A stretch of 64,000 bases of DNA from NCBI GenBank assembly GCA_036508755.1, contig DATCGV010000007.1:24153-88152 (forward strand), written 5' to 3'. The first letter of the stretch is position 1; the number at the start of each line of letters is the position of its first letter. Position numbers and translations under genes: made by a program. This document shows, piece by piece, positions 10,918 through 19,808 of this stretch. A model generated the notes under the pieces. That model searched no databases, was not told the DNA's origin, and saw nothing but the letters and a program-made list of their open reading frames with translations. Source of the stretch: Candidatus Limnocylindrales bacterium. GTDB taxonomy: Bacteria > Chloroflexota > Limnocylindria > Limnocylindrales > CSP1-4.

Positions 10918-12228
10918 TCAGCGTAGCGCGATCCGCTCGATCACGCTGCGCACCCGGCCGCGCGAGGCCGGCTCCGCGTCTTGCGTCGGCGAAGAGCGCG
11001 TCGCGTCGTGCGCCGCGGCCGCCAGGTATACGAGGCGCGTCTCGCGGGCCACGTCCGACCACGTCCGTTGGGTCGACGCGGCGCGCCGTTGAGCGTGGCT
11101 GACAAGCTGGCTTGCCAGCGGACCCTTGGCCCAGACCGCCTCGAGCGCAGCTGCCATGCGCGCCGCGTCGCGCGGCTCGACGACGATGCCGCAACTGCCA
11201 ATCGCCTCGGGCAGGGCGCCCGTTTTCGAGGACACCACGGGCACGCCGACGGACAGCGCCTCGAGAGCTGGCACGGCCGTGGCGTCGGACAGCGCCGGGT
11301 AGACGAACGCCTGGCTGCCGGCGATCACGGCGGCTCGCTGGCGCGCGCCGGTCGTGCCAACGACCGTGATCGAGCCGCTCAGGCCGTTCGCCTCGATCGC
11401 GCGCGCCAGCCGGGCGTGCTCCTCGGGAAATGCGACGTCGAGCGCCATGACCAGCGTCGGAACCTCGTCGCCGCGCGCGCGCAGCAGCGCGACGGCGCGG
11501 AACAGGGTGTGCAGGTCCTTGCGCGCGTCGTAGCGACCGGCAAAGACCATGTAGCGCGGCGGCAGCGAAAGCCGGTCGCGATCTGCGGCAAGCCGGTCGT
11601 GGTCGCGCGCCGCCGCGGCGAAATCGTCGCCCACGGCGAGCGGCACGACGGCAATGCTTTCGTCGGGAACGTGCAGGCGGCGGCGCGCCATCTCGCCCAC
11701 GGCGCGCGAGCAGACGATCACGCGTGCCGCGTCGCGCAGGACGCGCGCCCGAACACGGTGGCCGAAGCGCGCCGCGGCGCTTGCGGCGTACACCTCGGGC
11801 AGCTCCCACGGCGCGAGATCGAGGATCGTGGCCACGACCGGCAGCTGCGAGGCCAGTGGCACCGCTCCGCCAGCGGTGTGGAAGATCGTCTCGGCGTCGC
11901 CTCGCGCGCCGAGTTCGGCACCACGAAGCAGGAACGCGTCGAGTGTCAAGCCGGCGGAGCGCAGCGCCCGGGTCGTGGGCGGGATGCGCCGCGATGCCGC
12001 AACAGGAAGCCCCGCTGCGGCGAATCCGGGCGCTGGATCGGCGCGCAACGAGCGCGAGACGATGACGAACGATTCGCCTTCGAGCGGCTCTGCCGCGAAC
12101 GCGCTGAGCAGCTCGTCGAGGTACCAGCAGGTGAGCGGCGAGCGTTCTGGCTCCTGAAGCGGTCGGGCGTCGACGACGATGCGCACGCCGTGGCTGGGCG
12201 CGGCCGGCTGCGCCGGCGCAAGACGCAT
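10918..12228 (-). CDS. glycosyltransferase family 4 (GT-B, group 1)
   Basis: Starts at the internal ATG (MRLAPAQ...), which overlaps the ppm1 stop by 1 nt (TGATG). C-terminal PALSDATAVPALEALSVGVPVVSSKTGALPEAIG...VVEPRD matches the GT1/GT4 nucleotide-sugar binding region. Confidence 0.8.
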   Translation of the reverse strand: MRLAPAQPAAPSHGVRIVVDARPLQEPERSPLTCWYLDELLSAFAAEPLEGESFVIVSRSLRADPAPGFAAAGLPVAASRRIPPTTRALRSAGLTLDAFLLRGAELGARGDAETIFHTAGGAVPLASQLPVVATILDLAPWELPEVYAASAAARFGHRVRARVLRDAARVIVCSRAVGEMARRRLHVPDESIAVVPLAVGDDFAAAARDHDRLAADRDRLSLPPRYMVFAGRYDARKDLHTLFRAVALLRARGDEVPTLVMALDVAFPEEHARLARAIEANGLSGSITVVGTTGARQRAAVIAGSQAFVYPALSDATAVPALEALSVGVPVVSSKTGALPEAIGSCGIVVEPRDAARMAAALEAVWAKGPLASQLVSHAQRRAASTQRTWSDVARETRLVYLAAAAHDATRSSPTQDAEPASRGRVRSVIERIALR

Positions 12229-12971
12229 CAGCCGCTGCGCGGCAGCTTGCCGCGCAACTCTTCCCAGCGCAGGCGGAGGACGACTGCAAACGCCTCGACG
12301 ATGATGCCGCGCGACATCTTGCTCGCACCCTTCTGGCGGTCGACGAAGATGATCGGGATCTCGCGGATTCGGGCGCCGTTGCGTGCGGCGAGGAAGGTGG
12401 TCTCGATCGAGAAGACGTAGCCGCCCGAGTGCATCTCTGCCCACGGCAGGCTGGCCAGGGTGTCGCGCCGCCAAGCCTTGAACGCGCCCGTCAAGTCGTG
12501 CGCTGAGAGGCGCAGGACGGTGCGCGCGAAGATGGAGCCGCTGCGCGAGATCAGCTTGCGCAGCACGCTCCAGTTACGCACCCCGCCACCGGCGACGTAG
12601 CGCGAGCCGATCATCAGGTCGTTCTGCTCCAGCCCGGCCACGAGCGTGGGCAGGTACTTGGGATCGTGCGACCAGTCCGCGTCCATCTGCACGATGCGAT
12701 CGGCGCCAGCGTCGAGCACGACCTTGAAACCCGCGATGTAGGCCTTGCCGAGTCCCTGCTTGTACGGGCGGTGCATGACGCGAATACGCGCATCGTCGGC
12801 CGCCAGCTTGTCGGCAAGCTCGCCCGTGCCATCGGGCGACGAGTCGTCGACCACGAGCAGCGACGAGCCGGGCAGCGCCGCGAGGATCGCCGGGACGATC
12901 CCGGGCAGGTTCTCAGCCTCGTTGTACGTGGGCATGACGACCCAGGTTCCGGAATAGGTTTGAGATTCCAT
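12228..12971 (-). CDS. ppm1: polyprenol-phosphate mannosyltransferase (GT2, Ppm1/DPM1-like)
   Basis: WVVMPTYNEAENLP, LLVVDDSSPDGTGELA and RPYKQGLGKAYIAGF are typical of dolichyl/polyprenyl-phosphate mannose synthases. Confidence 0.85.
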   Translation of the reverse strand: MESQTYSGTWVVMPTYNEAENLPGIVPAILAALPGSSLLVVDDSSPDGTGELADKLAADDARIRVMHRPYKQGLGKAYIAGFKVVLDAGADRIVQMDADWSHDPKYLPTLVAGLEQNDLMIGSRYVAGGGVRNWSVLRKLISRSGSIFARTVLRLSAHDLTGAFKAWRRDTLASLPWAEMHSGGYVFSIETTFLAARNGARIREIPIIFVDRQKGASKMSRGIIVEAFAVVLRLRWEELRGKLPRSG

Positions 12972-12995
12972 CGGCCGCGAGTCTAGCGATGAAAT

Positions 12996-13030
12996 GCGCT
13001 GGGCCGGCCCCGTCGGGGCCGGCCCAGCGC
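12996..13030 (-). terminator. perfect 16-bp GC-rich hairpin, likely intrinsic terminator of the 13093-14985 gene
   Basis: GCGCTGGGCCGGCCCC-GTC-GGGGCCGGCCCAGCGC. On the minus-strand transcript it is followed by AUUUCAU. It lies 62 nt after the upstream stop and 24 nt before the ppm1 start. Confidence 0.55.
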
Positions 13031-13092
13031 TCCCTGCCTGCGGACCGGAGGCGTTCGGCCCGCGCGGCCCGCCCCCGAGTTCCGCTGATTGG

Positions 13093-14985
13093 TTAGTTGA
13101 GCTGGAAGGTGTAGTCCGTGTACTGGGCGACCGAGTTCGCGTCCGTGCCGGTGACCCGGAACTGAGCCGTGCCGGCCTGCGCAGTTGCGGTCATCTTGAC
13201 CGTGACGTAGAACCCGCCGTCGGCCTGCTTGGTCGTGCTGTAGGTCTTGGCGCCGAGACCGGGCAGCGTCACGCGCAGCTTGGGCTTGGTGGCCAATGCC
13301 GAGAGATGCTCGGCCGAGTAGATCGTGAACTTGACCTTCGTGCCACGGACGAACGGCCCGGGCGTGGCCGGCAGCAGCCGGAACGCTCGCGCGTCAACCG
13401 CCACGCGCTGGCTGTAAGTGCCGGCAGCAGTTGCCGCCGTCATGAGGCTGTAGTACGTGCCCTGGGCGACGTAATTGCTCAAGTCGTCCTTGCCGTCCCA
13501 GGTCCAGCTCTGTGAGCCGGCGCCGACAGAAACGTTCGTCATCTTCGTGCGCACGACGTTGTTGTTGCCGTCGACGATCGTCCAGCTGATGGTGGCCGGC
13601 TGGCTGAGCGTGACCGAGAGCGTCGTATTCGGGGCGAGGTTGTCGCCATCGGCGGCATAGAACAAGTTCGGGCTCGCAGCGGGCGAGGCCATCGTGGTCA
13701 GCACCTGGACGTCGATGCTCGATGGGCTGCCGGCGTTGCCGGCGCGGCTGCTCGGCGTGCCCGTGAGCGTGTACGTCCCGTCGGGGACGTAGCTGCCTGA
13801 GTCGTTCTTGCCATCCCATACCGCCATGCCCTGGCCGGCGGTTGACCAGCTCGTGAAGTTGCGCACGACGTTGTCGCTCGAGTCCTGGACCTGCCAGTTC
13901 ACGAACGTTTCCTTGTTGACCGTGTAATTGAAGGAGGCCGTGTCCGTGCTGCCGTCGCCGTTGGGCGTGAACAGCGTGCCGTTGCTGCCGACGAGCGTGG
14001 CGGCGCCGTCGGTCGACGCGGACAGGTTCTGGAACGACGGCGCCGCCGGGCCCTCAGGGCCGTCTCGCCAATCGCTGGCAGTCATGGTCAGGTCGCCGGT
14101 CACCGCGCGGTAGTAGCCGTCATGCGCGGGGTCCGGATCGATGAAGTTGGTCGCGCCGGGCGTGCGTACTGAGTCGAACTGCTGGGGGCTGACGCCGACC
14201 CAGCCCCAGGACTCGCCGACGTGGCCGATCGACGCGATGTGGAAGAGGTCGTTCACGGTCGGATCGTTCGTCGTGTCCATCATCGAGCGTAGCGTCTTGA
14301 CGAAGAGCTCCTCGCCGTAGGCAAAGACGGCCTTGGCGCCGGTCGCCAGCCAGCCGCTGGCCATGTTGTCGACGCGCTGGCGGGCAAGGTCAGGGGTCGG
14401 GAAAGCCATACCCGGCTCGCCGTTGCCGGCCGAGTAGCACAGGTGATTGAGGAAGACGATCGCGTTAGGCGCGAGATGGACGTACTGGCGCAGCATGTTG
14501 GCGCCGTAATACGTGTACGTTCCGCTGCCGCTGCCGTCGTAGCTGTTGAGGCCCATGCCGTCCTGGCGGCTTTCAGTCAGCACGCTCGTGTACTTGCTTG
14601 GCCAGCCGTAGCCGTGGCCCATGTAGACGACGAGGTTCGCGCCCTGGATGTTGGCCAGGACGTTGGCCCATGTGGCGTGCGGCCAGAAAACTCGTACCAC
14701 GTTCATGCCATACGACTGGGCAACTAAGGCAAGCGACTCGGCGTCGGCTAGGTTGCTCTGGGTGAGCGAGTTGGTCGGACCGACGATGAACACGGCCTTG
14801 AGCTGATGCGGAGTCGAGTCGTACTGGCTCGTCGCGGAGGTGCGCGGCGCGTTGTTCGACTCAGCATGGACGACGGCAACGCCGATTGACGTGGTTGCGA
14901 GCAGTCCCAGCAGCGACAGGATCGCTGCCGCCAGTGAGGCGCGCGCCAGGAGACTCCGACCGACAGCTCGAACAGACAACTGCAA
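13093..14985 (-). CDS. secreted protein: N-terminal alpha/beta domain plus two FlgD-Ig-like domains and a C-terminal Ig-like region
   Basis: Signal-peptide-like N-terminus. Two FlgD_ig-type segments (FTPNGDGSTDTASFNY...VWDGKNDSGSYVPDGTYTL and ...WTWDGKDDLSNYVAQGTYY). 630 aa. Confidence 0.75.
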   Translation of the reverse strand: MQLSVRAVGRSLLARASLAAAILSLLGLLATTSIGVAVVHAESNNAPRTSATSQYDSTPHQLKAVFIVGPTNSLTQSNLADAESLALVAQSYGMNVVRVFWPHATWANVLANIQGANLVVYMGHGYGWPSKYTSVLTESRQDGMGLNSYDGSGSGTYTYYGANMLRQYVHLAPNAIVFLNHLCYSAGNGEPGMAFPTPDLARQRVDNMASGWLATGAKAVFAYGEELFVKTLRSMMDTTNDPTVNDLFHIASIGHVGESWGWVGVSPQQFDSVRTPGATNFIDPDPAHDGYYRAVTGDLTMTASDWRDGPEGPAAPSFQNLSASTDGAATLVGSNGTLFTPNGDGSTDTASFNYTVNKETFVNWQVQDSSDNVVRNFTSWSTAGQGMAVWDGKNDSGSYVPDGTYTLTGTPSSRAGNAGSPSSIDVQVLTTMASPAASPNLFYAADGDNLAPNTTLSVTLSQPATISWTIVDGNNNVVRTKMTNVSVGAGSQSWTWDGKDDLSNYVAQGTYYSLMTAATAAGTYSQRVAVDARAFRLLPATPGPFVRGTKVKFTIYSAEHLSALATKPKLRVTLPGLGAKTYSTTKQADGGFYVTVKMTATAQAGTAQFRVTGTDANSVAQYTDYTFQLN

Positions 14986-15342
14986 AGCCCTCTTCCTTCA
15001 TCGCAGGCTGGGGGGCACGCCACCGCTCTTCAGAGGCGTACCTGCGAGGTGCCGTCAGCGTCGCGATCGAGGGCGTGTGCTGCCATTGCGAGAAGGTCCT
15101 GCCATCGACTGGACCGATGGCGGCCGATTTGACGCTCAGAAAACCCGTTCGCGAGCGCGTTCTGAGGGCCCGCCTGCGCACGTCCGGCGGGGTCCGGGTG
15201 AGGCGTGGGTGGAGCAGTGCAGATGCCGCGACGCAACAGCCCTTCTCGAGGTACTACCCGCGCTCAGCAACGGGGCTATGCCCAGCTGGACTCAGCGAGC
15301 CCGTGCTCCGCAGGCGCGGCGCGCTCCCGCTACTCTGGCCGC

Positions 15343-15876
15343 GTGTCCGACGCCTTTAATCAGCCGGGAGCGGCCGCGCCGTCGCCACTGCCTGCCTCGT
15401 CGCCGTCCGTCACCTCGCGTCGATCTTCTGGTGGCCTGGCCGGTTGGGTGATGGCCGTCATCGTCGTCCTGATCCTCGCCGTGGCAGGTGGCCTTTTCAC
15501 GGCCTGGGTCGTGGCCAACATGCGCGCCGTGCCGGCGCCGGTTGCGTTCGCCTCACCAACGCCGGCGCAGCATGCCAGCAGCTGCCTCGGCTGTGCGTCG
15601 CCCTCGGCTCCGGCCGCGAGCTCGACACCCGGACCGCGGTTCACTCCGACGCCGACGCCGACCGTCGAGCTGACGCCGCCGCCCTTCACCTACGTCGTGG
15701 GGCCGGGCGACAAGCTGGTGAACATCGCCGCCATGTTCCAGGTTGACGTCCAGGACATCATCAACCTCAACAACATCTCGAACCCGAACAAGATCTTTGT
15801 CGGCGAGCAGTTGCTGATCCCGGGTTACGGCGTCCAGCCGACGCCAAAGCCGCACAAGACACCCAAGCCGACGTAG
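15343..15876 (+). CDS. LysM domain membrane-anchored protein
   Basis: C-terminal LysM (YVVGPGDKLVNIAAMFQVDVQDIINLNNISNPNKIFVGEQLLIPG) and TM helix WVMAVIVVLILAVAGGLF. The start is uncertain: GTG 15343 is chosen, but the ORF is open from 15205. Confidence 0.7.
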   Translation: MSDAFNQPGAAAPSPLPASSPSVTSRRSSGGLAGWVMAVIVVLILAVAGGLFTAWVVANMRAVPAPVAFASPTPAQHASSCLGCASPSAPAASSTPGPRFTPTPTPTVELTPPPFTYVVGPGDKLVNIAAMFQVDVQDIINLNNISNPNKIFVGEQLLIPGYGVQPTPKPHKTPKPT

Positions 15877-15877
15877 C

Positions 15878-16753
15878 TCAGGGCGTTGCTGACGGCTCCG
15901 GCGAGAGCGGCGGCAGTCCGCCACTGTAGTTGGTGATCACGAGCACGTATTCGAGCGTGTCGAGATTCGCCGCCGGCGTCAGCAGCGCGGTCTGGAAGAG
16001 CTGGTCCGGTGAGCGCGACACGGCCGCGACCGTGCCGATCAGGAGCCCCTTTGGATACGGCGAGCGGATTCCCTCGGCGAGCTCGATGCCGGCCGTGACC
16101 ACGGCCTCGTTCACATTGACCGTGTTCTCGGCCGGAATGCCGTCCATCTCGAGCGGCCGGTCGAGCTGGCCATGGACCGTGCCGACGCCGCGGCTCGACT
16201 CGAGCAGGCCAACGACGTCCATGCGCGCGTCGGTGATGAGCAGCACGCGGCTGTAGTCCGGACCGACCTCGACGACCTGGCCGACGAGCGCGCCGCCACT
16301 GCCGACGACTGGATCGTCGACCTCGATGCCCGCATTCGTGCCGCGGTCAAGGCTGATGACGTTCTCCTGGTCGGTGATTCGCCGGCTGATCACTTCGGCG
16401 GCCGTTGAGTTGTAATCGAGCGACGATCGGACCTGGAGGATGTCGGTCAGCTGCTGGTTCTGGGCCTGCAGGCTCTGGAGCGAGCGGTTCTGCGTCTCGA
16501 GCTGATCGACCTGGGTCTGCAGATCCTGGTTCTGCTGGCGCAGCCGGTCGATCTCGCCGAGCGTGGCGAAGAATGAGCTGACCGTCCGGCCGCTCTCGCG
16601 CAGCACGTTCTGGATGGGCGCCATGGCAAAGCCGACGCCGTGGCGCAGTTCGGCGATCGGGGCAGACGCGCTGAACGCGAGCATGAGCAGGCTGATCGTC
16701 AGCAGCGCGACGTACAGGATGGTCTGACGCCGGCCGGTTTGACCGTTGGGCAT
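15878..16753 (-). CDS. mreC: rod shape-determining protein MreC
   Basis: N-terminal TM helix, Gln-rich coiled coil (LRQQNQDLQTQVDQLETQNRSLQ), then VVGSGGALVGQVVEVGPDYSRVLLITD beta domain. Directly downstream of mreB. Confidence 0.9.
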   Translation of the reverse strand: MPNGQTGRRQTILYVALLTISLLMLAFSASAPIAELRHGVGFAMAPIQNVLRESGRTVSSFFATLGEIDRLRQQNQDLQTQVDQLETQNRSLQSLQAQNQQLTDILQVRSSLDYNSTAAEVISRRITDQENVISLDRGTNAGIEVDDPVVGSGGALVGQVVEVGPDYSRVLLITDARMDVVGLLESSRGVGTVHGQLDRPLEMDGIPAENTVNVNEAVVTAGIELAEGIRSPYPKGLLIGTVAAVSRSPDQLFQTALLTPAANLDTLEYVLVITNYSGGLPPLSPEPSATP

Positions 16754-16788
16754 CTCAGTTCAGCTGGCGCGCCGCGCGGCGAGTGGCG

Positions 16789-17841
16789 TCAGCGCGGTGT
16801 GCGCGAGTAGGTCTCGGCGACCAGCGTCCGTTCCATGACGTCGAGCTCCTCGAGCGCCTTGCCCGTGCCGCGCGCCACGCACGTCAGCGGATCGTCAGCG
16901 ACGTGGACCGGCATCTGGGTGGCCTCCTGGACGCGCCGATCGAGGCCCTGGAGGAGTGCGCCGCCGCCGGCGAGGACGATGCCCTGGTCCATGATGTCGG
17001 CGACCAGCTCCGGCGGCGTCTCCTCGATCGTGTCCTTGATCGTGTCGACGATCTGCTGGACGGAGCTCTCGATCGCTTCGCGGATCTGCTCTGCGGTTAC
17101 CTCCACACCCCGTGGCAGGCCAGTGAGCAGATCGCGGCCGCGCAGCGTCGCGCGTTGGTCGTCGTATTCGCCCGGATAGGCCGAGCCGATGGCGATCTTG
17201 ACGTCCTCCGCAGTTCGCTCGCCGAGGAGCAGGTTGTACTCGCGTCGGGCGTAGGCAATGATGTCCTGGTCGAGCTCGTCGCCACCGATGCGCAGGCTGC
17301 GGCTGACGACGATGCCACCCAGGCTGATGACGGCGACCTCCGTCGTCCCGCCGCCGATGTCGACGATAAGGCTGCCGGTGGGCTCGCCGACAGGCAGCCC
17401 GGCACCGATCGCCGCGGCCATCGGTTCCTCGATCAGCCTCGCCCAGCGCGCTCCGGCGTTGAGGGCGGCGTCGCGGACGGCGCGCTTCTCCACCTCGGTC
17501 ACGCCGGACGGGATGCCGATCAGCATCCTCGGCCGCGGGATGAGCCCGACGCGGTCGTGCACCTTGTGCACGAAGTACTTGATCATCTGCTCGGTCACGT
17601 CGAAGTCGCTGATCACGCCGTCGCGTAGCGGCCGCACGGCGACGATGTTGGCCGGCGTGCGACCGAGCATGCGCTTGGCTTCCGCGCCGATGGCGAGCAC
17701 GCGCTTCGTCCGCTGATCGATCGCGACGACGCTCGGCTCGCTGATGACTATGCCGCGGTCGCGCACGTGTACAAGGGTGTTTGCCGTTCCCAGGTCGATC
17801 CCGATATCGCGCGAGAACATGCCTAGGAAGGCGTCGAGCAT
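16789..17841 (-). CDS. mreB: rod shape-determining protein MreB
   Basis: Starts MLDAFLGMFSRDIGIDLGTANTLV, which resembles the E. coli MreB N-terminus. Actin-fold motifs are present throughout. The listed 480-aa ORF has a spurious N-terminal extension. Confidence 0.95.
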   Translation of the reverse strand: MLDAFLGMFSRDIGIDLGTANTLVHVRDRGIVISEPSVVAIDQRTKRVLAIGAEAKRMLGRTPANIVAVRPLRDGVISDFDVTEQMIKYFVHKVHDRVGLIPRPRMLIGIPSGVTEVEKRAVRDAALNAGARWARLIEEPMAAAIGAGLPVGEPTGSLIVDIGGGTTEVAVISLGGIVVSRSLRIGGDELDQDIIAYARREYNLLLGERTAEDVKIAIGSAYPGEYDDQRATLRGRDLLTGLPRGVEVTAEQIREAIESSVQQIVDTIKDTIEETPPELVADIMDQGIVLAGGGALLQGLDRRVQEATQMPVHVADDPLTCVARGTGKALEELDVMERTLVAETYSRTPR

Positions 17842-18076
17842 TCCGATGATCGTGTCCTCAGGTGTCGTGTGGAGGGGCCCGAGTCCCGCGACGTGCGTAG
17901 AGCAGGGACGGAGCGTGCGAAGTGTATACCGAGGCTCATCCGTAGCCGCCCGAGCCTTCCGGGCTGCGCAGTCAGTGGCAGCGCTCGTCGCTTGTTTGCG
18001 CTGGACGACGACCTGTCCAGCCTGGGCAGTGTGGTGGTCGAACAAGTCCGCACATAGCCAGGTCGGGAATCGACAC

Positions 18077-18916
18077 TCAGTCCAGGAAGGCTTCCAGTTG
18101 GGCGCGGACAAACCCGGGCTCTTCGAGCCACGCCCAGTGGCCCCTGCCCTCGTGTACGACGAGCGTCGCGTCCGGAAGGAGGGCCGCCATCTGTTGCGCC
18201 TGTTCGAGCGGAATGGGCGAGCGCGAGCCATGGATGATGAGTGTTGGCACGCTCAACCCGAGCAGTGCCTTCTCCAACGTACGTGCCTCGAAGTGGGCCT
18301 GGATCGATATCCACGTGTCGCCGCCGTTGGTCGCGAAACGCAGCGGAGGCATTGCCGGCGCGCTCACCGGATCGCCGAAGTACTGCGGCCAAAGGAGGCC
18401 GAGGTGCTCGCGCTGCTCGTCCTCGGTCGGCTCTTCGATCGCCTCCAGCGCTTCGAGCCGAGCTGTGTCCGCCGCGGAAAGGCCGGCACGCAGCGCCGGC
18501 CCGAACTCCGCCTGGCCGCCGTCGCCCGTCGCGCCGAGCGCGTCGAGGATCACCAGTGCGCCGATTCGTTCCGGATGTGCCGCGGCCAGGTGAAGGGCGA
18601 GGTGGCCACCCCACGAGTGGCCGATCACGACTGGCTTCTGCCAGCCGAGCGAATCCATCACCGCCACGGCGTCCGCGACGTGGCCCTCGATGGACACATC
18701 ACCGGTCACGGCCGACGGCGCCAGGCCGCGCTGCTGGTAGCGCGCCGTGGTCACGCCGCCGTCGAGCTCGTCGGCGAGCGAGGACAGGTATTCGGACAGG
18801 CCCGGCCCACCGTGGAGGAGCAGGGCGCTGGCCTTTGCGTCTGCTGACTCGCGCAGCCAGCCGACGATCTCGCCGTCGGGCGTGACGGCTGAGAACTCGC
18901 GTTCCTGGGTTGGCAT
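18077..18916 (-). CDS. alpha/beta hydrolase (proline iminopeptidase-like)
   Basis: LLLHGGPGLSEY and nucleophile elbow GHSWGG. 279 aa. Confidence 0.8.
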   Translation of the reverse strand: MPTQEREFSAVTPDGEIVGWLRESADAKASALLLHGGPGLSEYLSSLADELDGGVTTARYQQRGLAPSAVTGDVSIEGHVADAVAVMDSLGWQKPVVIGHSWGGHLALHLAAAHPERIGALVILDALGATGDGGQAEFGPALRAGLSAADTARLEALEAIEEPTEDEQREHLGLLWPQYFGDPVSAPAMPPLRFATNGGDTWISIQAHFEARTLEKALLGLSVPTLIIHGSRSPIPLEQAQQMAALLPDATLVVHEGRGHWAWLEEPGFVRAQLEAFLD

Positions 18917-18931
18917 CCGCGCAGGATAGGG

Positions 18932-19609
18932 TCAGCGACGGTCGAAGGAAACGCCCCTGTCGCGCAGCGAGACATAGCCGTCCCGGGCGAGGATGACGTG
19001 GTCCAGGACCGCGACGTCGAGCAGACGCCCGGCCGCGACCGCCTCAGCCGTCAGGTGCAGGTCGTCGGCCGATGGCTCTGGATCGCCCGACGGATGGTTG
19101 TGGACGACGATGACGGCGGGCGCCTGCGTCCGGACCGCGTCGCGAAACAGCTCGGCCACGCGAACCACGGCAGCCGACACGTTGCCCAGGTAGACGGTCG
19201 TCGTGCGCTGAACGACATTCTTGGTGTTGAGCAGCAGGACGCGCAGCTCTTCGCGTTCGAGCAGCGCCATCTCCGGGCCCAGCCGATCCGCGACGTCGCG
19301 CGGCGCCCGCACCGTCCAGCGTTCACCGGGTGCCGCCGCGAAGCGGCGGCCGATCTCGAACGCGGCGACGAGCTGCGCCGCGCGTGCCACGCCAACCCCG
19401 GGCAGAGCCGTGAGCTCGCTCACGTGCGCCCGACCCAGGTCGCTCAGGCTGCCGTGCCGGGCCAGGGCCGAGCCGGCCGCGTCGACTGAGCCGGCTCCCC
19501 ACAGCACAGCCAGCAGCTCGCTGGCGCTGAGGGCCGTCGGGCCGAGCGCCGAGAGGCGTTCGCGCGGCCGTTCCGCGACGGGTAGCTCGCGGATCCGGTG
19601 GTTCGCCAC
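18932..19609 (-). CDS. radC: RadC-family JAB domain protein
   Basis: N-terminal IRELPVAERPRERL and HhH-like SELLAVLWGAG. JAMM-type VVHNHPSGDPEPSADD. Confidence 0.9.
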   Translation of the reverse strand: MANHRIRELPVAERPRERLSALGPTALSASELLAVLWGAGSVDAAGSALARHGSLSDLGRAHVSELTALPGVGVARAAQLVAAFEIGRRFAAAPGERWTVRAPRDVADRLGPEMALLEREELRVLLLNTKNVVQRTTTVYLGNVSAAVVRVAELFRDAVRTQAPAVIVVHNHPSGDPEPSADDLHLTAEAVAAGRLLDVAVLDHVILARDGYVSLRDRGVSFDRR

Positions 19610-19808
19610 AATCGGCCTCGCAATGCGTGTCCAGCAAACCTGGTGCTCCCCGGCCCGGACAACGGAGCCCGCCGATTTCCCCGCCGTCCGGACCGGGAAG
19701 CAAGGCGGACCTTACTCAGCGGCGCTCTACGTTCGATTGGCGCGGGATTTGTTTGCGCTCAATTTCGAATCCACGCGCGCTATCGGCGCCGGTGCACAGG
19801 TGATCGTG

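Noticed and set aside
10823-12328. Upstream 500 codons of the listed 742-aa minus-strand ORF (extremely Arg/Ala/Pro-rich)
   Set aside because: It lies in an alternative frame over the well-supported GT4 glycosyltransferase gene and has the composition typical of off-frame reading in GC-rich DNA. Only the last 240 codons, from ATG 10822, look like a real protein.
15135-15166. 7-bp inverted repeat CTCAGAA...TTCTGAG with an 18-nt loop, in the divergent region between the FlgD-Ig and LysM genes. Considered as an operator, or as part of a c-di-AMP (ydaO-type) riboswitch, because LysM and cell-wall genes often carry one
   Set aside because: None of the conserved ydaO elements, as I recall them (ACGGGG and CCCGAA-type motifs, pseudo-twofold arrangement), could be found. 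A 7-bp stem alone is weak evidence.
16789-18231. 480-aa version of MreB with a 130-aa N-terminal extension
   Set aside because: The extension is Arg/Ser-rich and overlaps the alpha/beta hydrolase gene region. The internal MLDAFLGMFSRDIGIDLGTANT resembles the canonical MreB N-terminus.
19681-19715. CCGCCGTCCGGACCGGGAAGCAAGGCGG, superficially like the SRP (4.5S) RNA helix 8 core GUCCGGAAGGAAGCAGCC
   Set aside because: There is no GNRA tetraloop (GGAC instead of GGAA). The conserved AGCAGCC side and the flanking helix 5 pairing are missing. It is probably just the radC promoter region.
19741-19790. TTCGAATCC-containing stretch (GCGCTCAATTTCGAATCCACGCGCGC) resembling a tRNA T-loop
   Set aside because: The flanking bases do not form a T-stem or acceptor stem on either strand, and no D-arm or anticodon arm could be drawn. 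I do not call it a tRNA or a tRNA fragment.
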